DNA of 64,000 nt, from contig JAAOMT010000198.1 of the NCBI GenBank assembly GCA_016748015.1, positions 477,380 through 541,379 of the forward strand, in the 5' to 3' direction. Made by a program: the position numbers and the translations under genes. Every line of letters starts with the position of its first letter. Position 1 is the first letter of the stretch. The stretch comes from Geosiphon pyriformis uo1. Taxonomy: Eukaryota > Fungi > Glomeromycota. The notes beneath the pieces are model-generated. The model was not told the origin of the DNA. It did not search any database and saw nothing but the letters and a program-made list of their open reading frames with translations. Of the stretch, positions 1 to 13,200 are shown one piece after another.

Positions 1-1000
1 CATCATGTCTTTTTTTCTGTTTCTCTTGTAACTTTTGTATGTTATTAGCTGCTCTTTTTTGTTTGTTTTCCAATGTTTCCATTAAGTCATATGTTTTTCT
101 TAACAATGTTTCTTGGAAATTTTCTTCTGTTATTGGTTCAATTGGATATGTGTTGACCTCTATCTCCACTGGTAATGTTGCTGTTCTACCGTATATTAAT
201 TCAAATGGTGTTGCTTGTGTAATGTCTTGCTTCATTGTTCAATAAGCAAATAGTACTGATAGTATTAACACATCTCAATCATTCTGGTTTTCTTGACTGA
301 GCTTAACTATTGCTTCACACAATGTTCTGTTGAATTTTTTGACTAATCCGTTGGCTTGTGGATGATATGGTAATAATAGTGGTCTCTTAATTCCGAATCT
401 TTGGCTCAATTCTGTTAATGTTTTGTTCACAAAATGAGTTTCTTGGTCTGATAATAATTTCTTTGGACATCTGTGTTGACAAATTAAATCTTGATGAATG
501 AATTTGGCAATGGATTCTGCATCTGCTCTTTGAATTGCTTTCACCTCTGGCCATTTAGTGAGATAGTCCATGGCTACTGCTATGTACCTGTTTCCTCCTC
601 TGGTGATTGTTAATGGTCTGACTAAATCAATTCCAATACAGTCAAATGGTTGTCCCACTTTGATTGGTCTTAATGGTTCACTGGATTTTGTTCCTTCTCT
701 TTGCTAACAAGCATCACAATTTTGAACATATTGGATGATGTCTGGATACATTGATGACCAATAGTATCTTTTTCTGGTTTTTTCCATGGTTGCTTTTTTG
801 TGAAAGTGTCCTGCTGTTGGATTTAAGTGTATGTTGAATAATATTGTCTCTTTTTCTGGCTCTGTAATTACTCTGGTTGGTTGCTTTAGCTTTCTTCTAT
901 TTTTCTGATAAAGTATATTTTGGTGAGTGATAAAATATTTTGATTGTTGTTTAATACTCTTTCATTCTGTTTGAGATAAATTTTTCTTGAACTGTTGAGT
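1..1000 (-). pseudogene. Family B integrase (fragmented)
   Basis: ORF 275-658 has a degenerate rve core (PFDCIGIDLVRP, LLSDQ, YHPQANGLVKKFNRTL); HHCC remnant at ~700-835. Confidence 0.9.
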
Positions 1001-1118
1001 GTTTATGTAATGTTGCAGTTGTTGATATTTTTGTATGTTCATCTTTTGTTATATTTTTTGTTGGTATTGTTCTGGTTTTGTTATATTTTGGGTTGAAATG
1101 TTCTTAGATTTGTCTTAT

Positions 1119-2470
1119 TCACGACAAACTGTCAGCATTTCCATTGTCTTTTCCCTTTTTATAATGTATAGTATAATTATATGATGCGAGTGCTATTTTC
1201 CATCTTGACTGTCTTCTATCTCCAAATTCTTGTTTTTGAAGTGATGTTAATTCTTTGTGATCTGTGTATACTTCAAACTTCTGGCTCAAGTATTCTTTCC
1301 ATTTCATGACTGCCCAGTATATCACTAAGTGTTCTTGTTCTGGTGTTCCATAGTTCTTTTCGGCTGGTATTAAACCTCTGCTAACATATGCTACTGGATG
1401 TTCTCTGCCATCTGGTCCTCTCTGAGATAGTACTGCTCCCAATGCTTGGCCAGATGCATCAGTAGTGATGATGAATGATTTGCTGTGATCTGAATAAATC
1501 AGTACTGAAGCTTGGATGAGCTTTCTTTTCAGAATATCAAAAGCTTCTTGTTAACTTTCTGTCCATTCATATTTTGTATTTTTGTTTTGCAGTTGGTTGA
1601 GTGGCTGTGCTATCTTGGAGAAGTTTTTGATAAAATGTCGATAGTAGCTGGCAAATCCCAAAAATAATTTCAGTTCTGTTATATTGGTCAGCACTAAAGA
1701 GTTCTTTACTATCTCTATTTTCTCTGGATCCATTTTGATGCCATCTTTGCTAACTATGTGTTCCAAGAATTTTAGTTCTGTTTTGCTGAAAAAACACTTT
1801 GTTATATTTAACTTTAGTCCTGCTCTTCTTAGTTTTTCAAACACTTATTGAAGATGATAAAAATGATCATCAAATATTTTTGAGAACACATTGGTGTCAT
1901 CTAAGTATACAACTACTGATTTCCACAATAAGCCAGTATAAACAATTTCCATTAGCTGTTGGAAAGTAGCTGGTACGTTGGTTAAGCCAAATGACATAAC
2001 TTCAAACTCAAAGTTTCCTTCTCTTGTGGTGAATGCCATTTTTTCTTTGTTGGCTGGATCCATGACTACTTGCCAATAACTACTATCTAAGTCTAATGTT
2101 GAGAACCATTTGTTTCCACCAAAAGCATTGAATAGTTTTTGTATCCATGGAGTTAGATAGCTGTCTCCATGAGTTATACTATTTAGTTTCCTGTAGTCTA
2201 CACAAAATCGGATCTTTCTATTCTTCTTATGGACAAGTACTACTGGTGATGACTATGGGCTCATTGATGGCTGAATTAATCCATTGTCAAGCATTCGGTT
2301 AATCTCTTGACAGATGATTTCATGGCTGGCTGGTAGTACTCTGTATGCTCACTGTTTGATTGGCATTGCATCTCCAGTCATGATTTGATGTTAAATAATA
2401 TCAGTTCTGCCAAATTTGTTTTTGCTAACAAAGATGTCATTGAAATTGTTGAGTAACATCTTGAGCTGCA
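1119..2470 (-). pseudogene. Family B reverse transcriptase/RNase H (fragmented)
   Basis: ORFs 1845-2063 (MSFGLTNVPATFQ, VYLDD), 1551-1844 and 1119-1442 (GAVLSQ, AYVSR, YTDHK, NADSLS). Confidence 0.92.
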
Positions 2471-2618
2471 TATGTTGTAGTGGGTCTAGATTTCCCATGT
2501 TCATTTGTTTTAATTGTTCTGGTTAAAGCAAATAACATTCGTCTTGTCCATAGATTGTTTGTGATGTGATGTCAACATATTCACAAAGCTGTGGAAAGTC
2601 TGGAATGGAGTTTGGTGG

Positions 2619-3680
2619 TTAATTTTCTATTTCAGTGTTTAAGTATCCCATGGTGGTTCTGGATGGTATTACTATAACATTTTTTGTGTTGTTGTAGATG
2701 GGAATTTTGATGTGGCTGTAATCTTTGGCTGGTATGTGGAGATTAATGAATCCAATCTCTCCTGATTCGCAAAGGGTCAGTTCTGTTTCAAAAATCTGAT
2801 TCTGTTCTTTTTCTTTCCTTTCTATTGCTAGCATGTACTGGCTATATAATAGAATAGAAATAGCTTGACTGGTTGAGATAATTTTTCCTTGGCCAACAAT
2901 TTCTTTCTCTGTCATATTAACTGGTACATCTATTCTACCCATTAATCCAAATCCTTGTATCCCTCTTGCTGTTATTCCTAATTCATTTCTTGTTTTTATT
3001 GACACTAAGCTAGCTACTTTGACTAGTGGCAGGAATATGGCCTGTGCTATCTTTTCATTTGGCTCAATAGTATAAGTTTTTTCTGAGTCATTTTGTAGCA
3101 TGGCACTGATATTTTCTGTATATCCTGCATCCACTATTCCCTCTCTAATATTAATTCCTTTTTTCACTAAACTACTCCTAAACACTAACAGAACCATGGT
3201 TGTTGCTGGGATCTCTAGAGCTATTCTCAGATTAATGCATACTTGTGCATTTGGCTCCAATTTGATGGCATTTTTTCCTGGATATTTCAGATCAAACCCT
3301 ACATCAGTATCATGTGCGCGTTCTGGCATAATACCTTTTCCATTGTCACTATACCATTTCAACTTCTGTTCCTTAGAGAAATCTGGTAGTGCAATATATT
3401 GTTCATAGTTTGTATCAGAGTTTGGATCCGAGTTGGAATCATTGTTGTTGTCATTGCCATGTTGAATAGAGCTGGAACTGGTGTTTTCGTCGTCATTCTT
3501 GTCAGAGTTTGAATTGGAATTGAAAATTGATTCCAATTTTGATGTGCAGCTGCTGATTGGTTCTTCTTCTTTGAAGATCATATAGATCATGCATGGTGGT
3601 GGATTGTAAATAAGGTTACAATCATCACAATATTCAAAGTCACTGAGAATTAAACAATGGCAACACAGTCTTGTATTCAA
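2619..3680 (-). pseudogene. Family B pol segment containing a trimeric dUTPase domain, preceded by a Cys cluster and N/D/S-rich linker and followed by a possible second degenerate dUTPase-like domain
   Basis: The five dUTPase motifs are recognisable though mutated: PERAHDTDVGFDL, RSSLVKKGI, GIVDAGYTENI, EKIAQAI, RGIQGFG. Confidence 0.85.
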
Positions 3681-4387
3681 CTGTGCTAGCCATTGTTCTT
3701 ACTTCTCTCTAGTGGGTGCCAAGTTTTGGTAGTGTTTATAGAACTCTTTTGGTTCTAAGAAATTTATGACTGGCTCTGCATTTCAGTCAAGCTTAATGGG
3801 TTCTGGTGGGTTGTTTTTGATTTTTCTGATCTCTTTGGGTGTTGCTCCTTCTATTTTGGCAATTGCCATTCTCCAAATTTTGTTGTCATCATGTGGACAA
3901 CTGCCCAGTTGCTGTACAGCTCTTCTCCAAGTGGCTTTTATTAACATCCCTTTTTGTACCCAGTTGCTAATAAGGATTGTGTATTAACATGATACATCGC
4001 ATGTTTCTCCATGTCTAGGAATGTCATTCCATATTCCTTCATTGAAGAGGGTCTTGCCACAGGCTAAACATGGTGTATTATTCCTTTTTCCCACTTGTCT
4101 TGGTCTTCCAAAACGCTCGACAAGGCATGCGCAGCAATAGAACTTGGTTGCCATCTGATATTCTTTGTTGTTGCCACAGCATGTGTCTATTGATGACAAT
4201 TTCTTGCCACAATTAATGCACACTAGTTTGGGTCAGCAATAGATGGATTGTTGTGATGTTGTGTGTTGATAGGAGGTATATGGGTTTGTTGGCAGTGGCT
4301 CTTTTTCTTTCACTTTTCCTTTCCCTTTGTTGCTTTTTTCCTATTTTTAGCTGGAAGTCAGTTTGCTCTCGTCATTGTCGGTCCATG

Positions 4388-5179
4388 TCAGGTCATTGGT
4401 TTCCCAGGTAAGTTTTTCCTTCTGTTTTTCTTTGTCATCTCATGATAGAATAGGTGGCAATTCGTTGTGGTTGTCATTGGTTCAAGAGATTTGGTACGCT
4501 TTTCAGGTAGGTTTTTTTTTTTCTCTTTCTGTTTGATTAATAGTTTCTCTCTTGGAGGAGTTTTGAAGTGGCCACACATGACTGGTACACGTATGTGTCG
4601 GCCCTGATATGTTAGCTGGAGTTCCTGGATGTTCCAGTCTAATGTCACGTTGACTTTGAACAGCCAGTCATTACCAACAAGGGCTTGGTATTGGGTGGCT
4701 TCTATTATTAAAACTTTAATGGGAGTTATGATACTGTTGACTTCGAAAGAGAAGTTGTCGATTTTGCTGATTGGAGTTTTGGTCACTTCATTAGCAGTGA
4801 TAATTCTGGCACTGGCAGCTTGGTCAACCCAGTAACCTAATTGGTCTATGAGTTGCCTGGTGATAATGCTGTCTGCTGACCCACTGTCAAGAATTAATTT
4901 GATGAATTGTTCATCGACTTTGGCATCAGTGTACATGGCAGTGATCAGTTTGGCTTCAAGAGTGACTCCACTAAATAGCGGTGTTGCAGTTGTCTCTTCA
5001 AATTCGAATGGGAAAATAGCAGCCATGAACTCGTCTTCAGTGATGGTAGCAGATGGGATATTACTGGTGAGTAGTTGTTTTTGGGCGGATTCTGGGTTAT
5101 TGGCTGAGACGTCTTCTAGAGTGATCAGAAGACTTAAATAGTTCTGGGAATTCGGGTTCTGGGGTTGATCGGTACCCAA
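4388..5179 (-). pseudogene. Family B aspartic protease
   Basis: KLILDSGSADSIIT active-site motif and ALVGNDWL. Confidence 0.88.
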
Positions 5180-5518
5180 ATTCTACTAGTATAATCCAGA
5201 TAGTTGCTGTGAAAAACTGAAGATTGGCTGATGGATTATCATTGCCGATCTCCAGCTCTGTTGAGCCATTCTCGGTCTTTGTGTTCCATTGGGTGGTAAG
5301 TTTTGGGGTGGTGTTTGAATTTATTGGGGTTGATAGATTGTTGGTGGCTGTGGTTGTTGATAAATTACTTGTGGCTGCAGTTAATAAATTTGAGGTTAAT
5401 ATACTGGTGGTTGATAAATTGGTGGCTGTGTTATTGGCAGATAAGTAGTTTGATCTTAATTTGGATAATGATTTGGAGTTTGAAATCTGCAATCGAGGTT
5501 TCAATATTGATTTTCCAA

Positions 5519-7330
5519 TCATGAATTGTTGCTATAAAATCTGCAGTCTGTTCTTATGTGTTCTTGTTTACCACAGTTGTGACAAACATGCATTTCTGGC
5601 TGCCACGGCTGATTAGGTGCTACTGATGATGATAATGAACGCAACTGATTTTGGAAATAATTTGCGTTTCTTGGATTATTGCATTGTTGTGGTGGTTGAT
5701 AAATTGTGTGATTGTCAGCTAAGTATCCCTCTAACTTTTGATTAATTGAATTACTAAATTGTTTCAATTTAGAATCCAATTCAGATGATCTATTCATCAC
5801 TAGATTCACAGCATGAGTGTGATTGGCTTCTAATTCAGCAGATTCAAAATCTCTGGCATGTGTGACTGCATCCTAGAGAGTGGCTGGATGCAATGGGCAT
5901 ATGTGTTGCAAGATGCTACTGTGCAGGCCATGGATGAATTGATTAAGAATTTGTGGCACTGTGAAATAATTAGCATCAATTGCTTGGATTTGTCACAAAT
6001 TTCTATGGAAGCATTTCAGATATGTAGTAATTGCTTCAGTTTCTTCTTGTTTAATTGTAGTGAAAGTGTTGACTAATCTGTTGATGCTGTTGTTATTGCT
6101 AAAGTATCTCAAAAATTCTAATTTGAAGATGTTGAAATCTTGGGGTTTGTCAATCAGGCTTTGATACCATGAATCTGCTGTATTCTTAAGAAAATAAGAT
6201 ATGGTTTGCATAACTCTGATGTCATTCCATCCATTGGTTGTAATGGCTTTTTTTACATTGTTTAGCCAAACTTGTGCATCGTTCTTTTTGCCAGTGAATT
6301 TGTTGAGCTTTGCGATTGGTGCATATGCCATTTGTTGTTGTTGCTGTGGTGGGAGTTGTTGTTGTTGTTGAGGTAATACTGGGGGTGGTTGTTGAGTTTG
6401 TTGGTTTGGTATTTAGATGGGCTGACCAATTGGTTCAACTGGTGGTTGATTGATGACAATAACTGGAGGTAAGTGTTGATTAATTATTTCAGGATTTTGA
6501 TTTTGCAGTGCTTGAATATTCAGAGTTTTGATTTCCAAATTTTCTCACTAAGTTTGAATGTTCAGGATCCCAAATTCCAGGTTTTTAAGGATTGGATTTT
6601 GGTAAATAAATTCTTGATTTTCTGATTTTTCTTCCTCTTCTTCTTCAGATAGTTTCCATGGGGTAGTGGTTCCAAAGTCTGGTTGAGATGGTGGTGATTG
6701 AATTCCTGATGGTGTTAGTGATCATGACTTAAATTTTTCAAAATATTTGCTATATGGTCCTAGTAGATCTGTTTTTCTTTGTTTACTTTGGAATGGGAAT
6801 TGTCTGAATGTTGATATCGCATTTGATGTGGACGTGCTTGCTGATGTTATATTGATGGTGCTTCTTGGTGTGTAGTAATAGGATGAAACAGTTGGTAATT
6901 CAACTCTTGTTTTCTTCCAAGTAGGTGGTTGTATCCTTTTGGGTGTTATCACTAATGTTTGTAGTTTTCCTTTGCCTTTACTGACGTAAGTAATTGGATA
7001 TCTTTGTTGGATATGATGTTCAATTTTTTTGTTGATTTCAGTGATAATAGATGCAAAATTATGATTTGTTGGTAGATTGGTGTTTTGAATTAATTCTCTA
7101 TAGAAAGTTTCTCTTGCTGATTCAGTATTCACTAGTGTTCCTAACAAAGAAGAAATCTTTTTGTTAACGTAGAAATTAAAGGCTGATTCAGCAAATATAT
7201 GATTGTGATTTAATTCCAAGTGTTGACAATAGTGTTAAAATAGGGATTTTGCGAATTCTAAATGATTTGCTCCTATGTTTTCTGATTCTGCCACTTTTGG
7301 ATGGTGTTTGTTGGTGCTGATTCTCTGAAA
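5519..7330 (-). pseudogene. Family B gag (fragmented)
   Basis: Capsid-like MAYAPIAKLNKFTG...DAQVWL (5993-6331), zinc knuckle CHNCGKQEHIRTDC (5519-5809) and N-terminal frame 6722-7219. Confidence 0.8.
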
Positions 7331-7338
7331 GATTATAT

Positions 7339-7354
7339 CTCACAGGAAGCACCA
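7339..7354 (-). promoter_or_regulatory. Primer binding site, elongator tRNA-Met type (family B)
   Basis: Minus strand TGGTGCTTCCTGTGAG, 2 nt inside the LTR end. It matches the family A PBS apart from one C>T. Confidence 0.8.
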
Positions 7355-7356
7355 AA

Positions 7357-8221
7357 TGTTACAGATAACAATTTCTGGTGTTAAATTAAATACGAACCTG
7401 TAACTTGGTGTTCAAAGCTATTTTTATTGTCGATGATCTAAAGGTTTGGTATCTGAAGGTTTTGTATCTAAAGGGTTTGGTTGAGTTCTTTGTATAATGA
7501 ACAGAGATTCAATGATGATAGTTTTTTTTCATAGCTTTCCGAAACCGCAGTTTCGTCAATTTTTTTCTCAGCTTAATGGCTGGTATTCCTCCTGGTAAGC
7601 TATCCTCAATCAAATGTTCTACCCTTATTTCTGGGTCTTTTACCAGTCACGTTTATCCTGACGTTAGTGCTCCATGTATTAATCCTCAATAGAGTTAGTA
7701 AACAACAATAAAATCAAAGCAAGAAAATAAAGAAAATAAAATAAAATAAAGAAAGAAAAGAAATAAGCCAAGGCAATTTTACAAGTTAGTATTCCATCAA
7801 TAGCCATGATCAAGAGCTATTGTTCCAGTGTGGTTAAGTATCAATTACTATCAACATGGAAATGGGTTTGAAATAACAAATAGTTATTTATTAGATGATT
7901 GTAATTTGGAGAGTTGCTTAGATTAAATCTAAACTAAGAGGTCTGTCTTTTTAGCTTCTAATCCTGCTGCTATATATATATAATTGAAATTTCTCAATTC
8001 CTCGATTCTTCATGACAAGAATCCTGGAATTCCTGAAATCCTGCAATTCCTTTGAAAGGAATCTTGGAATTCTGGAATCCTGCGATTCCTCGTCAGAGAA
8101 TTCTGAAATTCCTGGAATCCTGTAATTTCTGAAAGGAATCCTGGAATTTCACATTTACTATGCCTACTTCTGATTGGCTAATAATCATGCTAATATATTT
8201 TTTATATTTCTATAAGTAACA
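7357..8221 (-). repeat. 5' LTR of family B
   Basis: Bounded by the inverted repeat TGTTAC...GTAACA, adjacent to the PBS, with a (TA)n TATA-like run at ~7972-7982, short GAATCCTG/GAATTCCTG repeats at ~8017-8150 and CCAAT at ~8173. The partner LTR is not in the window, so the outer boundary is inferred. Confidence 0.7.
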
Positions 8222-8360
8222 CTGGGAAATGTTAACTAAGAAATTTCTGTTTCCGCCTCCTTTTTTTTGTTTCTAATGTTACTGCTATATATATGTATTT
8301 TCTAGTTTTACAGAATTGCTTTGGATTGTTTGTTTTTGCTAGTTATCACTTCATTTTTCT

Positions 8361-8510
8361 TACATTATAACTAATTATCCAATGTTATAACATGTTATCT
8401 GATGTTATTACACGTTATTCTATGTTATTCCATATTATAACATATTATCCTATATTATAATGCATTATCTAATGTTATAACACATTATCCAACATTATTG
8501 CATACTATTC
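8361..8510. repeat. Degenerate ~20-bp tandem repeat (10-bp subunits TTATCCAATG/TTATAACATG)
   Basis: About 7 diverged units seen directly. Confidence 0.75.
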
Positions 8511-8584
8511 TGTGTCCCTTCATGTTTTATTATGTTTTTCTTCAGATCACATTTTTTCTTCTTTTTTTGATAGGCTTTTTTTCT

Positions 8585-10267
8585 TCAAGTAATACTGGCT
8601 TTACTATCAAACCCTATATAAGCACAGCTTATTCTGGTGTAGTTTTTGCTAGTTCTTAGAATAAAGCAAAATTGGTCTTTGATTTGGTCCAAAGTAGTGC
8701 TCAGATAGTAAGCAGTACAGTTTTGTGGTAGATTAACTAGCTTAGCTTTCCAGGTTTTTCTCTGCTCAATGATTTTTTGGGTACCTATCATTGAGTATAT
8801 TCTAACTGTGTCTTTTCTGATCAGGATCAACCATTGGTCCACAGCTCTAGTCATCTTTTTTTGGTTGTTAAATTCAATCACTGCTAACTGCTATTTTCCA
8901 GCCACTTTGATTTGGACTTTTTTCACCTCCCCAAATTCTTTCATGGCAGCTCCAACTTCTTTGTCAGAAATACCCAAGGGAATATCTCTAACTAAAACCT
9001 TCTTTTGACTAGCCATTTGATTGGCAATGCTGTTGGTTGTCATCAAAAATAACTCAATATCTATTTGCCAGGATCTTTTTAGCTTAATCTTTTTCAGCAA
9101 TTTGGGAGAAATCTATTTTGATTTCTTGATTTCTCATCATTATAGCCCCCAAAAAGTAACTGACATCCCCCAACAGATTGTAAATCCACCCCATCTTCTT
9201 TCCCATGTTTTTTTTTGGTATGTCCAATATCTGCACAAATAGAACATATCTCTTGGTGCCATGAATGACAGTCTTCCATTTTTCTTCTTAATTTGCCTCT
9301 GTAGACATGTCATTTCTCTTAGATAATTTGTTACTCTTTTGGTTCAGGCTTGGGCTTGGCATTCTGCTTAATAGACCTGATTTAGAATCTTTTATGTCTT
9401 TTGTAGTCTCTTCTAGATCAGCTATATCTTTGTTTATATCAAATAGATTGTCCATTTGCTTATTAGTTTTCTCTACAGATTTTTCTTTGTTGATCATGTC
9501 CAAAATTTCTGGGTTGTATTTTCTTAGAGCTGCTTCAATCTGTGCTGCTCTTTCAATCTCTTCAATAAGCAATTTGGATGGTTTATTCAATTTTTTCAGG
9601 GACTTTGAGGCCTCTTTTTCATCAGTCCAGGCTTCTATTTGAAACTTATTACTGTTACCTTCTTTATTGAACATTGATCACAAGACAAAATTGTTGGTTT
9701 GATCTGCTGTTTTATCAGTAAGTTTCTCTTCAATGACCTGGTTAAATTTTTCTGTTAGATCTTTAACACTTATTTTTCCCAAGTGTCTGTATTTTTTATT
9801 GGGTTTTTTTTCTAGTCTGTTGTCTATTATTGGAGAAAAATCAGCCACTCTTTAGTGTAGAGCTGTTTTTTTTGATGTATTTGCTATTCTAAAGGGTGTG
9901 TTGTCTCCACTGCTTGTGTTCACACTTCCAATTATTATACTGTTATGGTTAAACCTGAATGGAGATGTTGTAGTTCTTGTCTTTTCAACTGGTATTTGAT
10001 TTGGTATAAATGTGCTATTTCTTTCCTTCCTTGTACTGACAGTAGAATTTCCTTCCACTTGGTCTATATTTTTGGTAGTATTTTTGCTAGTACTTCTGTT
10101 TATGACTGTTGTCACTTTGCTATTAGTATTGTTGTCAGATACTTTAAAGTCTGTTATAATAATAAAGTGCATTTTAACTAAGGGTATCTTTTGGCAAAAA
10201 AACTATTTTTCTAAATTTAAGACAGTAATTTTTTGGTAGTAGACAAAAAAAGAAAAAGAGTTTTTTT
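8585..10267 (-). mobile_element. LINE family C copy 1: 5' UTR and partial ORF1, 3'-truncated
   Basis: RRM-like ORF1 fragments (VLVRDIPLGISDKEVGAAMKEFGEV; WKAKLVNLPQNCTAY). Colinear with 22850-24500. Confidence 0.8.
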
Positions 10268-13200
10268 ACGTGAATTAGCTATATCATCTATTAGTGTTTT
10301 GCCTTTTTGAGTATTCAAAGAGCATTTTCAAAAGTGCTGGTTGGTTTCTACTTCCATGTGACACATCTTGCAAAAATTGTTCAAATACACAAGAGAACAT
10401 CTGTTATATAGCACTTCTGCTATTGACAGCATGTTGTAAAATGATTTCATAATAAATATACACATTGCCAAGAAATCAGCTGAGGTAAAGCTTGAAGACA
10501 TTTTATTATCTCAGTTCCAAACCTTGATTATGCACTTCCAATCTATCTTTTGTTCTAAAAGCCTTAATGTCTCTTGGATTTTGTTATTGTCTCTCCAATC
10601 CAAAGCTGCTTGAAGCTCAGTCTGTTGGCTTAGAAAATATCTAATATTTAGATCCATTTTAACTTTTCTGCAAAAAAAAATATAACTGATATTTTTAGCA
10701 TTGTAAACTTATCCTACTGTACTAAAAGCAGTAGCTTCTTTGGCAAGTTTGTTAGCCTTCTCATTTTCTGAATTACCAGTGTGTATAGCCACTTTGTTTA
10801 TGTTGAGATTAATTTTTTTTTCATCTATTACTGCTTTGATTGCATTCTATGTACACCAGTTAGGAGTTTTGAGCTGTTTTCTAATAGACATAAAAAAATC
10901 TTTGGACAATTATTTATGAGCTGTTAAAACAACTGCTTGATTATTTGTATTTAATGTTAGTTTGTATTTATAAGATACTGCTTCTAAAGCCAGTAATACA
11001 GCTTTTGTTTCAGTTTTTGTTGATAATAACATTTTATTAATTGCTATACCAAAGTTGGCTTTTATTTCATGTGTTACAAAAGTGGCTGCTCTTTTAGCAT
11101 TCTTAAAACCAGTCTTTACCAGTGAGCCATTTGTTGATATTTTTATTTTCTTTTTGAGTCTTAACTTCTCTTGTATGCTTTTCCATTGTGATAATAAAGT
11201 ATTAGAAATTTGGATGTAAATAGAGTCTTTTTGCATCATTTCCAGGTCATTTGGTATTTGGTTATCTAGTTTGTATATTCCTAATACTTTATATTGAACA
11301 ACATCAATGTTCCTGTATTTATCCATAATGATTGTTGATTCTAATATCTTAAATCATATGAGTATTCTACTACTGTCACATTGTCTGTACCTCTTTGTAA
11401 AGTCCATCCATGTTATTAATGAACCATCTTTGATCTCTACTTAATGCAAATACAAAATGTTCTCTTTCCTTAACTTTATTGTAGATCATACTTGAAGCTA
11501 TAAGAGACTTAATTAAGTGTGCATGTGGTCTTAAAGATTTAGGTACTCCATATGTATTATCAAAGCTTCTGAATGAGATGTCTTTTTCTTCTATTATCTG
11601 CATAATATTTGCTATAAAATTAACTCCTAGCTTAGATTATTCATTAATAAAATATTCAAGTATACTAAGAGCTAACCATCTTTGTGTCTGCAAGTTAGCT
11701 AGTCTGATTTTTATAGCCATTTCAGCAATATTATTACTGTTTAATCTAACCAACAAATCTGTGATCTTGCTTTTTGCTTGTATATCATCAATTTTGAATA
11801 AGTTGTACAAAGATGGATGATGCATGACACTGGCTGAGAAATTTACTGAAAGTTTTGCCTTTTTTTTTACAGTGGCTGAGATCTTTGAAGTCTATCTTCT
11901 GGTCTAACTATTCAGAATATGGGTCAATTGAGATCTAAATTTTATGGCTGGACTAAGTACACTGTTAAAAATGTAAATTGCCTGTTTTTCAGTGATGTAT
12001 TTTTTCCTAATAACTCTATACACTGCTTTAATGTCAGATTCTATCATTTTTAGCACAGTTTTATTTTTTCTGTCTGCTCTAATCCACACCCCCAAATATT
12101 GAGTACATGTAGATAAGTTTAGCAATTTTAAGATTTGTTTGTTTGGACCAAATTTTAGCAGTTCAACCAACATTGATTTTCTTTTGTAGGGTCTGACCAT
12201 CATTGTTTCAGTCTTATCTAAGTTGATCTTAATATCTACTATTTTAAAGAAAAAGCTGGCTGTGTTCAGAATACTCTGTATTCTTTGTCTTGAGTTAGCT
12301 ATTCATATTGTGTTATCAACAAAGATAAAGTGATTTACTAATACCAACAGAGATTGTGTGTTTGTTTAATTGTCTTATTTTTTTTATTCAGCTGTTAATT
12401 TATATCTTTGACTATAATTGGTTTGTTTTACTTTACATAGTAAAAGGTCATAAAAAATCCTCTACATAACAGGTAAGCTTGTTTCCTCTTGATTCAGTTC
12501 ATTTTGTACTTGATATTCATTACTTAGTTCAAACTCAGTTATAGCTCAATAAATCTATTGTTCATCTTAATTCTCTTTAGTGCAGCTTCTATGAGTTTCT
12601 ATCTTACTGAGTTGTATGCCTTTTTTATGTTCTGAAATGTAAACTAAGTTTCATTACCAAATTCTCTTACATGCTCAGCAACAGCATTAATCACATGAAT
12701 TGGCACTACTATAAAAATATTCTTTAGAATTGAGGTGTTGTATCCTTTTAGAATGTTGTGAAGCTCACATGCTTTTAATATTCTTGTAGTTAGAATCTTT
12801 GTTAAAATTTTTTTAGTACTTTCAATAAGTGTGATTGGTCTGGTAATGTCAATATTACTATCTCATTCTTTTGGCTTTAGAATTAGTATAACTTGTGCTA
12901 TTCTTCACTCTTTAGGTATGTTTGTTGTTTCTATGCAAGCATTGAGCAATGTTCTCAATTTGGACTTGGTATTAAGCCCAGTTTTCCTCCATAGTTCAGC
13001 TTGAATGCCTGATGGGCCAAAGGCTTTGTTGTAAGATGTGTGGCTCAATATGTGTTCAAATTCTTTATTTGTTATTTCAACTATTACATTATCAAAAGTA
13101 TGGTCTGGGATGCTTTTAATTGGCTTAAACCTGTGTTTTTAACTTTTCTATAGTTCAGATTCAAGAATTCTTGTTTTAGTCCACCCTTGAGCTTTTTTGT

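Larger units (their letters stand above)
1..8221 (-). mobile_element. Ty3/Gypsy LTR retrotransposon family B (dUTPase-bearing), degenerate, 3' end outside window
   Basis: Minus-strand order is LTR (7357-8221), PBS, gag (CCHC), protease (LILDSGS), Cys-rich region, dUTPase, RT (VYLDD), RNaseH, integrase (GIDLVRP...QANGLVKKFNRTL). RT-RH-IN order is Ty3/Gypsy. Confidence 0.93.

Noticed and set aside
6331-7335. Non-AUG initiation of family B gag (long frame with no Met)
   Set aside because: An in-frame ATA right after the PBS could be a G>A-mutated ATG; one degenerate copy cannot decide.
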